In this document: in pieces, positions 28,365 to 39,133 of the stretch | Layout: each line of letters starts with the position of its first letter | Numbering within the stretch: position 1 is the stretch's first letter | Assembly: GCA_963845085.1 (NCBI GenBank) | Contig: CAWJQI010000004.1 | Coordinates: 288,001 to 352,000, forward strand | DNA: 64,000 nucleotides | Source of the DNA: Candidatus Fermentibacterota bacterium | GTDB taxonomy: Bacteria > Fermentibacterota > Fermentibacteria > Fermentibacterales > JCC-6 | Direction of reading: 5' to 3' | Program-made: the position numbers and the translations under genes | The notes under the pieces: generated by a model | The model's database searches: none | Seen by the model: only the letters and a program-made list of their open reading frames with translations | Told to the model about the DNA's origin: nothing

Positions 28365-30657
28365 GGTTCTTGCCGGCTCTCTTTGCGCAGTACATCCGTT
28401 GATCGGCCATCTCGAAAAGCTCGTCCCGCTCGCGGCTGTCGGCGGGGAAACTTGCGACCCCGAGGCTCACGCTTACACACCCGCCGGGCTGCGTATCGGC
28501 GTGGGGAATGTCGGAGTTGGCGTCGAGCACCCGCTGGCGTATGCGTTCCGCGACCTCCTCGGCGACCCTTATGTCGGTGAGGGGGAGGATGCAAACGAAT
28601 TCCTCGCCCCCGTACCGCACAGGGATGTCAACCTCGCGAAGGGCGTTCCGCACTGCGACGGTGAGCCGCTTGAGAAGAAGGTTTCCCATGGGATGGCCGA
28701 AGGCGTCGTTGTACACCTTGAAATCGTCGATGTCCAGAACGATGAGGGAGAAGGGGTACCCGTATCTGCTTGCCCTGTCGAACTCCTCGGCGTACTTCTC
28801 CTCGAAGTATCTCAGGTTGTGAAGGCCGGTCAGCCTGTCCCGGCGGGCCATGTCGAAGAGCTCGTCCTGCATGAGGGCGCTCTCCACGGCGCCTGCGGCC
28901 TGCTCGGCTATCTTCTGTATCCTTCTCACGTCACCGGATTCGTAGCGGTATGCGACCGGGCTCTGAAGGTCGATGGCGCCGACGACCCTGCCCTGGCTGA
29001 CCATGGGCACGACCAGCTCGCTCGCGGTGCCCTCCTGGTTGGCCACGTAGTCAATGGTCTGGCTGGTGTCGCGGATGTTCACGGGCCTCGCGGAGTAGAC
29101 GGCCCGAAGAACCGCCCCCCTGCCGCCAGGCGTCATCTTGAGGACCTGCCCGACGGGCGACCATTCCTCCCTGTAGCCCCTCTCGGCCTTCACCACCATC
29201 ACTTCGGGAACAGCCCCCTCGTCGAGGTTTCCGGCCAGCAGGACGGATATGCTCTCCCGCGGGTAAAGCCTTTGCAGAGTCTTCAGGAGTGTGCTGCAGA
29301 CCGAGTCGATGTCGGACACGGCCTGAAGCTCGCGGGATATGCCGGAGATGGTCTCGAGCTCCTGGGTCCTGTCCTGCAGCTCGAGACCCAGCTGGTACTC
29401 CCTCGTCATGTCGCTGAATACGATCTTCACCTTCTCCACGACCCTCGTCCTGCCTGAAACGGGAAGGTACCGCACCTCGAGAACCCTCTCGTTCGCATTG
29501 TCCGCTATCACGCCCGACGCTGATTCCGGGTTGCCCTCGAATGCGGAAGCTGCAAGGTCCTCCTGATCAACGCCCCGCAGAGTGATGGAAGCGTTGAATG
29601 CCTCTCCGACAAGCTGGTGCGGTTCGCGGCCGAGGAGGGAGGCCGTGTTCCCCCTTGCCTCGGTGATCAGGCCTTCGGAGTTCACGCAGATGACGGCGCT
29701 GCCGAGGATGTCGAGCAGTTCGGCCGATTCATCGTTGAACCTGTTCACCTTTTCCTGAGTGATCAGACCCAGAAGGTTTCCGGCAGCCATGTCGGCGAGC
29801 ATTTTCACGCCTTCGGCGGCCCAGGGCCTGAACGGTCTTCCGGTTACGCCCCGGTCGGCCCGGATAAGTCCCAGCACTTCCCCCCCCGCCACAATGGGCG
29901 TGTCGAGGTAGTCGTGGGTTCCGGACCATTCGATTATCCCGGCCGGAGTGTCGAGGGTCACGGAGTGAACCTGCCTTCTGTCCCTGACTGCGATGACGGC
30001 AGGAGCCTCGGACTTTCTCAGCTCGATGGGCTTGTTCGAGATGCCTGTACCCATCGCCACCTGAACGTCGAACCGGGAACCCTCCGATTGCCGGCAGCCG
30101 CCCCAGACACGTTCAAATCCCATCCCGACAAGCACCGCCACGGCAATCCTTCTGAAAAGGTCCTGCACCGTGACGGAATTCCTGATCCCCTCGGCGAGAC
30201 CCGTAACCGTTTCGAGCCGTTCCAGCTGTTCAAGAAGGCTTTCGGACAGGGCGTGGAGAACCTGCTCACCGTCGAGGCGCGTGACGGACTGGCTGCCGCG
30301 GCCGCCGTCCATGAGGGCATTGAGTTTTCTCGCAAGGCTTTCCGGGGGGTGGGAATAGGGAAGCACCGCATCGGCCCGTGCGAGTTCGGATCTTGAACGG
30401 AGATGCCTGTTGCCGTCGGGGATGGAGAGGATCACCGGAATGCCGGAGGTGCACGGGTGTGATTTGAGGAAGCGGCAAAGACGGATTCCGTCGAGGAAGG
30501 GCAGAAGCGCCGATGCAACCACTGCTCCGGGCTGGCTTTCGCAGGCGCGCCCCGCGGCCTCCATGCCGTTCTCGGCGGTAAGCACCGCAAGACCCTCCTT
30601 CTGGAGGGCCTTGACGGTGGTTTCCCTGAGCGTGGAACCGCCCATGGCCAGAAGCAC
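28348..30657 (-). CDS. Diguanylate cyclase (pseudo-REC, GAF, PAS, GAF, GGDEF)
   Basis: D.LTGL.N, DIDDFK.YND.FGH..G, I-site REVD and RYGGEEF motifs. Confidence 0.9.
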   Translation of the reverse strand: MLLAMGGSTLRETTVKALQKEGLAVLTAENGMEAAGRACESQPGAVVASALLPFLDGIRLCRFLKSHPCTSGIPVILSIPDGNRHLRSRSELARADAVLPYSHPPESLARKLNALMDGGRGSQSVTRLDGEQVLHALSESLLEQLERLETVTGLAEGIRNSVTVQDLFRRIAVAVLVGMGFERVWGGCRQSEGSRFDVQVAMGTGISNKPIELRKSEAPAVIAVRDRRQVHSVTLDTPAGIIEWSGTHDYLDTPIVAGGEVLGLIRADRGVTGRPFRPWAAEGVKMLADMAAGNLLGLITQEKVNRFNDESAELLDILGSAVICVNSEGLITEARGNTASLLGREPHQLVGEAFNASITLRGVDQEDLAASAFEGNPESASGVIADNANERVLEVRYLPVSGRTRVVEKVKIVFSDMTREYQLGLELQDRTQELETISGISRELQAVSDIDSVCSTLLKTLQRLYPRESISVLLAGNLDEGAVPEVMVVKAERGYREEWSPVGQVLKMTPGGRGAVLRAVYSARPVNIRDTSQTIDYVANQEGTASELVVPMVSQGRVVGAIDLQSPVAYRYESGDVRRIQKIAEQAAGAVESALMQDELFDMARRDRLTGLHNLRYFEEKYAEEFDRASRYGYPFSLIVLDIDDFKVYNDAFGHPMGNLLLKRLTVAVRNALREVDIPVRYGGEEFVCILPLTDIRVAEEVAERIRQRVLDANSDIPHADTQPGGCVSVSLGVASFPADSRERDELFEMADQRMYCAKRAGKNRVCAR

Positions 30658-30684
30658 TTCAGGCCTGTTCAGGGCGTGTCCCTC

Positions 30685-33453
<2,769 letters not shown>

Positions 33454-33551
33454 CTTCTTGTTTCCTCTTTGAGGTTGATTTGGGGGATCGGATCTGGCGC
33501 CTGAGCCGAAAATATAGCGCCCCGATCGGGATGCTGCAACGATGACAGGGG

Positions 33552-34709
33552 CTAAATTACTGTATGACCGTGCTTTCGCCAGATATATGCCACAAAATCC
33601 TCGACCTCGCGGCGCTGCGGCTCGTCGAGCGGAGGGATCTGCTTCAGCACCCACTCAACCGCATCGCCCGGTTCCGAGAACGACCCCAGCCGCCCCGAAA
33701 GGCCGGCGAGCACATCGGCAAGCTCTTCCCTGCGGGCTTCGAGGCTGAGGCTCTCACCCTCGCGCGCGGCTTCCTCGAGGGGGTCGGAAGTTTCGTCGAG
33801 ATCGACTGTGGCAGCCAGAAGCCTGTAGTGCTCACCCATCTGGGTCGCTGACACCCCGTACTCCTCGGCGAGCTGCTCCTGTGTGAAGTGCGGGCCGTTC
33901 CGTGTGACCGCGTACTCGAGCGCGGCGGCCCAGATCTCAGGCTTTCTTCCGGCGGGCTTCTTCATCTCGCAGAAGTGGTTCCATATGGATGCCGCCCGGC
34001 GGGCCTTCTCCCTGGTGTACCCGTGAAGACCGAGCATGCCGGCGGTCATCCCGGAAACCGCGTTCTCGAGAGGAATGTCATCGTGCTCCATGACGGAGCG
34101 GCGGAGCCTGACCCTGAGGGCCTCGATGCGGAGGAGCGTATGCTCGATCCTCTCATCGAAGGGGGCGAGGTCCCTCGCCTGCAGAAGCAGGTGAAGGCTT
34201 TCCTCGAGGTTGCCCCTCTTCGCCTCGAGCATGGCCAGGTAGGAAAGCGTGGAGGGAACGCGGAACTTTTCCCTCCGGGCAACGGAGTTGAGGATCTTCT
34301 CGGCTTCGGTGTCGCGGTTCAGCATGAGCAGCAGGAGCCCCCTCTTTCGAAGGGCGTCGACATCCTGCGGATAGTGTTCGAGGTAGCTTCCCATGGCTTC
34401 GAGGGAGTTTTCGTACCAGTCGAGCCGGAGGAAGAGATCGGACGCAAGGAGAAGGGCAGCCGGGCCCGGAATGCCGTGCCACTGAAAGCCCTGGAGGCGC
34501 CTGGCAACATCGGAGACCCTGCCCTCCTCCATCTCGAGCTGGGACAGGTACAACAGTGCGAGGTCCTGATCAGGGGTGGCGCGTATCTCCTGAGACGCCA
34601 GCAGCCGGCCGAGCCCCTCCCTCGCCCGCTCCGGATCCCTGTCCCGGCGGGCGTCCTCCACCTGTTTCCAGAGCCAGGATACCTTTCCTGATGTTTCTTC
34701 AGCAGTCAT
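33552..34709 (-). CDS. TPR protein with C-terminal TFIIB-like cyclin/HTH repeat
   Basis: Several TPRs, then RRAASIW...GRKPEIWAAALEY...TQEQLAEEYGVS....HY..L; ATGA overlap with the upstream C25 gene. Confidence 0.7.
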   Translation of the reverse strand: MTAEETSGKVSWLWKQVEDARRDRDPERAREGLGRLLASQEIRATPDQDLALLYLSQLEMEEGRVSDVARRLQGFQWHGIPGPAALLLASDLFLRLDWYENSLEAMGSYLEHYPQDVDALRKRGLLLLMLNRDTEAEKILNSVARREKFRVPSTLSYLAMLEAKRGNLEESLHLLLQARDLAPFDERIEHTLLRIEALRVRLRRSVMEHDDIPLENAVSGMTAGMLGLHGYTREKARRAASIWNHFCEMKKPAGRKPEIWAAALEYAVTRNGPHFTQEQLAEEYGVSATQMGEHYRLLAATVDLDETSDPLEEAAREGESLSLEARREELADVLAGLSGRLGSFSEPGDAVEWVLKQIPPLDEPQRREVEDFVAYIWRKHGHTVI

Positions 34710-37700
34710 CGGGAATCCCCCTGCCCAGCTACAACGAACATCCCGGTATGCACGGCCTCCCTGATGAAGCCGCCGCCGGCCGAGGCCTCGGCGCTCATGT
34801 GAAAGATGTAGGCGCCCGTTGCAGGAAGGTCGCCGTCGGCATCGAGGCCGTTCCACATGATCTGGTTGTACCCGGCGGGACACTGGGAGGAAAGCCTTGC
34901 GATCTCACGGCCGGCGACAGTGTAGATAGCGACCTCGACCCACGCGTCGCCGGAAATCGAGAAGCTGAAACACCTCTCGCCGTCGCCCGGGTTCGGGTAC
35001 ACCGCTATCTCGCTGAACACGGTCTCACCGGCAGGGGCCGCCGTCACTTCGAGGCTGTCGCTCGAAGGGTTGCCCACCCCGTCCACGGCATGGAGGATGA
35101 GAAGGTGCTGCCCCGTCGGCAGCAGGGGCAGGTCAAAGGAAACCCTGCCCCGGGTGGTGCTTCCCGTATGGTAGCTGAAGTAGGGGCCGATGTCGTTTTC
35201 GGTGCCGTCGATGAACAGGCGCAGCCGTGTGCCCTCGCCGCCGAGGAAGCAGATCCCGCTTGAATCGGAAAGGTCCGCCTGGAATACCGCCTCGCCAGTA
35301 ATGACAGGGTTCGAAACCCCCCTGTGACCCTGTATCCACATCTCGATCTCGGGACCGGAATAGTCACCCCCGGGGGGTGTGCCGGTCACGAGAATGGCCG
35401 GATCAACAGCGTCCGCTGTCACCGTGGCAAATGAAACGGCGGTTCCCTCGGCCCTGGCCGTGGCACCCGTTCTTGCCTGCGACGGGATGATGCAGTCCGC
35501 GGTGAACATGCCGTCGGAAAGGGCTGCAGCGCCCCGCCAGGCGGTCCCGCCGTCGGCAACGTACTCAATCGTTCCGCCGCCGAGCATGCCGTAAACCATG
35601 GGCAGCCCGGATTCAAGTATTTCAACGAGAGCAAGCCCCATGGCAACGCCCGCCTCGCCGGAGACGGTGTTCCGTTCCCCGGTGCGAAGGGTGTCGGGAT
35701 CGATCGAAATGAAGGGCATGCCCCCGGGCCTGGGAACCGGGAGGCCGGGAATGCCGAAAAGCACGTAGTAACGGTTGTTGCTGGCGTATCCCGTGGAATT
35801 GGCCAGTTTGGAGTACCAGACGGCCAATCCCGACGGTGTTCCCGAATTGTAGAGGCTGTCGAGAAGGACCCGTGTGAAACCGTAGTTGGTCGAGGAGCCG
35901 GGAAATGTCTTCCTGGTTGCGGCAACCGTGGACAGCGCCCCCCCGCCGGCGGCGTAAACAAGGGCTTCCCCGATGGATTCGGCGCCGGGGGTGTCGAAGG
36001 CTGAAAGGTCGCAGCTGGCCAGAATTACGATCGGAAGCCTTCCATCGTTCTCGAGCGAGGAAACATCCTGCAGCCGGAGCACCTTCTCATGCGTGATCTG
36101 GTTCGCCGAGCCGTGTCCCATGAACACGAGACAGCCCATGCCCTGGTTCCAGAGTTCGATGAAATCCTCCCTTGCATCGGGCTTCTCGGGGTGCACGCCG
36201 TCGGGTGAGGTGCCCTGGGGCCAGGGGTATTCGATGAGGTAGAACTTGATCCGTCTCAAACTCCTGGGAAGGGTTGACGCCCCGAGGGTTTCGAAATCCT
36301 CGGTGTGGTAGCTCTCGCGGGCGTAGCTGTCGTTTCCCCATTCGTCGTCCGCCAGAAGGACGCACCGGTTCATCCAGCTTCCCGCCGTGGCGCCGGATTG
36401 AATGGTCGAAGCCTTCTCAACCATTGTCTCGAGAGCAAGGGGAGAATCGACAGGAAGCCTTGCGACAGGTATCTCAGGAAGGTATGCGCCCTGATGGACC
36501 ATGACGTACCAGTCATCCACGCACGGGGGATCGTTCGAACCGTTCAAACGTATCCAGGGGGGGATCATAACGGGCTGGCTTGAAGTGCGGTTGAAGAAGT
36601 CGTAGTGGCCGTCGCCAACGAGAAGCAGCTCCCGGCAGCCCTGATCCCACGAGTCCATTGCCCACCTCACGGCGGAACGGATGGCTCCGGGATCCGCAAC
36701 GCCCTGGCCGAACTCGTCGTAGATCTCCCTCGTGGTGGCAACCACGGTGCGCCACCCGAGCCTTTCCTCGACTGCGGCAACCGCCCATGCGCCATCGAGG
36801 AGACTCTCGGGCACCACGATCAGCTTGTCTCCCTCGGTCACCGTGCCCACCAGCCTGCCGGGGGATGCGGGCGAGATCGAGTCGGGCTGAAGGAACGCAT
36901 CGGGATTGGCGGCTGCAAGGATGGTTGAATCCGAAACATCGGCGCCCAGATACAGGGTGCCCGACTGGGGGTCGACGCCGGTGAGCAGCACCGGTGCATC
37001 GGGTTCCGTGAGTTCGAAGGCGAGAACACCCTCGTCGACGCCGTTGAAAGCTATTCCGTACGCGGCAGTTCCGCCGCTGCTCTCGAAGAAGACGGGCGCG
37101 CCGTCCGCCTCGGGGCTTCTGTCGTACCGGATGTCCAGCCTGTCAAAATACACCGCGCCCGAAGCGGTTGTGAAGGAAAGCCTCACACTGCCGGTTTCGG
37201 GCATCTCAATGCCGCCGAACTCGACGATCCTGGGACCGGTCCCGATCACCTCGCGGCTGCCCGCAGGCGCTCCGTTCACGAAAAGGCCGACCGTGCACTG
37301 GCTTGTTTCATCAAGCGCGATGCGGACCGTACAGGTGGTCAGGGTTCCTTCCCGAAGCCCGGGGAGGGAGTAGGGCTCGGTCACCGACCCGCCGCCGTCG
37401 AGCATTTCCCAGAGCCAGCCCGTATCGGTGCTGAATGCCGGCTCCCATATGACGTCCTCCTCGAGAGTGGTGACGTTTGGATTGGCGCCCTCCCACGAAG
37501 GCCCGCCGGGAGAGGCGTTCTTCTCCTCCATGCGAAGCCCGGCTGCGCCGCCCCAGGAAAGCCAGTAGGTTCTGTGGGATGCGTACCGGTGCACGAGGCG
37601 GACCAGCACCCCGCTCTCAGGCATCCACCTCGTAAGGCCGAACGCGTAGAACAGCACACGGTCCTGAGGGTCGAAGACACCGTCCGCGTTCACGTCATCA

Positions 37701-38392
37701 ACGAGAACTGGGATTTCCTGCAGATAGTGTTCGTCATCGGGCAGGTCGCCGAAAGCGGTTCCCGGGCCGGAATAGAGCGCCAGGCCGAACGTGGAATTCC
37801 CGACCGCACCGCACCCCGCCGCCTCGAGCATGGCGCCGGTGACAGCCACCGGTCCCGTTCCACCAACGGCGAGCCTTGCCCAGGGTCTGCCGTGGAAGGG
37901 GCTTTCCGCCCTGACTCCGTGAAGGGGCCAGTAGTGGGTGCTTCCCGGCGATACGCCCGAAACGGGGCTTCCGGCAGGTATGGCAACCGGAAAAGACGTG
38001 CCCCTGGGATCAGCCCAGGAGAGCCCGATGTCAACGCTTGAAGAGTACCTGTCGCCCCCCGTGTAAGGGTAGACGTCTATCACGGCGAAGAAACCGCCCG
38101 CCAGGGGGGCCGTTCCCCTCAGGACCGCAGTCTGCGGCGGGTTGTCAGCAGGTTCCATCAGGGAACGTTCGAGAACACCAATGCCGGAAACCCCGACGCG
38201 CAGCTCGGGGACAGAGCCCTGCGGCAGGGGCACATAGACCGTTCTGACGGGGTAGGAGGGAACGCCCTCCCCGATGATGTTGACGCAGTCGGCTATACGG
38301 GCGGAGCCTTCGGGTGCGGGTACGGGCGGCGCGAACAGCTCGGTGCCGTGCCATGAACCCGCCGCAAGGATCAACAGGAGTGCTGCTGTCAA
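34706..38392 (-). CDS. PorU/gingipain-like C25 cysteine peptidase with T9SS/FlgD-type C-terminal domain (copy 1)
   Basis: Signal peptide (TTG 38392); IYDEFGQG, LLVGDGHYD, LADDEW, catalytic FMGHG and ASCD; CTD VYPNP...IYTVAGR...WNGLDADG. Confidence 0.85.
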   Translation of the reverse strand: MTAALLLILAAGSWHGTELFAPPVPAPEGSARIADCVNIIGEGVPSYPVRTVYVPLPQGSVPELRVGVSGIGVLERSLMEPADNPPQTAVLRGTAPLAGGFFAVIDVYPYTGGDRYSSSVDIGLSWADPRGTSFPVAIPAGSPVSGVSPGSTHYWPLHGVRAESPFHGRPWARLAVGGTGPVAVTGAMLEAAGCGAVGNSTFGLALYSGPGTAFGDLPDDEHYLQEIPVLVDDVNADGVFDPQDRVLFYAFGLTRWMPESGVLVRLVHRYASHRTYWLSWGGAAGLRMEEKNASPGGPSWEGANPNVTTLEEDVIWEPAFSTDTGWLWEMLDGGGSVTEPYSLPGLREGTLTTCTVRIALDETSQCTVGLFVNGAPAGSREVIGTGPRIVEFGGIEMPETGSVRLSFTTASGAVYFDRLDIRYDRSPEADGAPVFFESSGGTAAYGIAFNGVDEGVLAFELTEPDAPVLLTGVDPQSGTLYLGADVSDSTILAAANPDAFLQPDSISPASPGRLVGTVTEGDKLIVVPESLLDGAWAVAAVEERLGWRTVVATTREIYDEFGQGVADPGAIRSAVRWAMDSWDQGCRELLLVGDGHYDFFNRTSSQPVMIPPWIRLNGSNDPPCVDDWYVMVHQGAYLPEIPVARLPVDSPLALETMVEKASTIQSGATAGSWMNRCVLLADDEWGNDSYARESYHTEDFETLGASTLPRSLRRIKFYLIEYPWPQGTSPDGVHPEKPDAREDFIELWNQGMGCLVFMGHGSANQITHEKVLRLQDVSSLENDGRLPIVILASCDLSAFDTPGAESIGEALVYAAGGGALSTVAATRKTFPGSSTNYGFTRVLLDSLYNSGTPSGLAVWYSKLANSTGYASNNRYYVLFGIPGLPVPRPGGMPFISIDPDTLRTGERNTVSGEAGVAMGLALVEILESGLPMVYGMLGGGTIEYVADGGTAWRGAAALSDGMFTADCIIPSQARTGATARAEGTAVSFATVTADAVDPAILVTGTPPGGDYSGPEIEMWIQGHRGVSNPVITGEAVFQADLSDSSGICFLGGEGTRLRLFIDGTENDIGPYFSYHTGSTTRGRVSFDLPLLPTGQHLLILHAVDGVGNPSSDSLEVTAAPAGETVFSEIAVYPNPGDGERCFSFSISGDAWVEVAIYTVAGREIARLSSQCPAGYNQIMWNGLDADGDLPATGAYIFHMSAEASAGGGFIREAVHTGMFVVAGQGDSR

Positions 38393-39126
38393 AATTCCTC
38401 CACCAGTCCGGGTAGAAGCTCGGCTGCCCTGCCCGGTACCCAGATGACGCCCGGAGCCTTGGAAAGACTTGTCGGTTCGGGGTTGAGCTCGATCACCTCG
38501 ACCCCCGCCTGCAGGGCTTCCCACGGAATGCCCGCCGCAGGCCATACCAGCATGCTCGTGCCGACAACGAGGAGAAGGTCGGCCCATTTCCCTGCAAGGC
38601 GGAACGCTTCCCTAACCACTGTCTCGGGAAGCGGTTCGCCGAAAAGGACCACATCGGGCCTGACCAGCCCGCCGCAGACCGGACACCTGGGAGGAAGGCT
38701 GTTCAGCATCCCCGCCTCGAAATCCGCCCTGTAACCGCATGCATCAAGGCACGAAACCGTGCGCATCGATCCGTGGAGCTCATAGACCTCCGACAGCCCC
38801 GCGGACTGGTGCAGCCCGTCAACGTTCTGTGTCACTACGGGAAGCCTCCCCTTTCGGTTCTGAAGGGTGAGAAGGGCTTCGTAGCCGGCATGGGGTTTGA
38901 CACCCCCGCTTGCCACGAAACGCTTGCCGTACCATTCCCAGACGATCCCGGGGCGGTCCCGCAGCCCCTCGATCGACGAAAGCTCCTGTGCGGACCGGTC
39001 GTTCCAGAGGCCGTCCTTTCCCCGAAAGGTCGCCATGCCGCTCTCGCTCGACATGCCTGCCCCTGTGAACACCAGGGTACGCTTCGAGCCGTCCAGAAGT
39101 ATCCTTGCCTCTTCGTAGCCGTTCAT
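38389..39126 (-). CDS. cobB: NAD-dependent protein deacylase (class III sirtuin)
   Basis: GAGMSSESG..TFRG, WEWYGKR (YxxR), TQNVDGLH, HGS, two Cys pairs, RPDVVLFGE and VGTS motifs. Confidence 0.92.
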   Translation of the reverse strand: MNGYEEARILLDGSKRTLVFTGAGMSSESGMATFRGKDGLWNDRSAQELSSIEGLRDRPGIVWEWYGKRFVASGGVKPHAGYEALLTLQNRKGRLPVVTQNVDGLHQSAGLSEVYELHGSMRTVSCLDACGYRADFEAGMLNSLPPRCPVCGGLVRPDVVLFGEPLPETVVREAFRLAGKWADLLLVVGTSMLVWPAAGIPWEALQAGVEVIELNPEPTSLSKAPGVIWVPGRAAELLPGLVEEF

Positions 39127-39133
39127 TCCGTCA

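Noticed and set aside
28108..29457. Long antisense ORFs (also 1227-2033, 4015-5055, 5245-6363, 15855-17198, 23881-24960, 54162-55250, 60691-61677)
   Set aside because: Shadow ORFs of high-GC genes on the opposite strand with no recognisable motifs.
38389..39126. Sir2-based anti-phage defence system (Thoeris/DSR/Sir2-HerA)
   Set aside because: It is a canonical Zn-binding CobB deacylase with no TIR, HerA, pAgo or STAND partner nearby.
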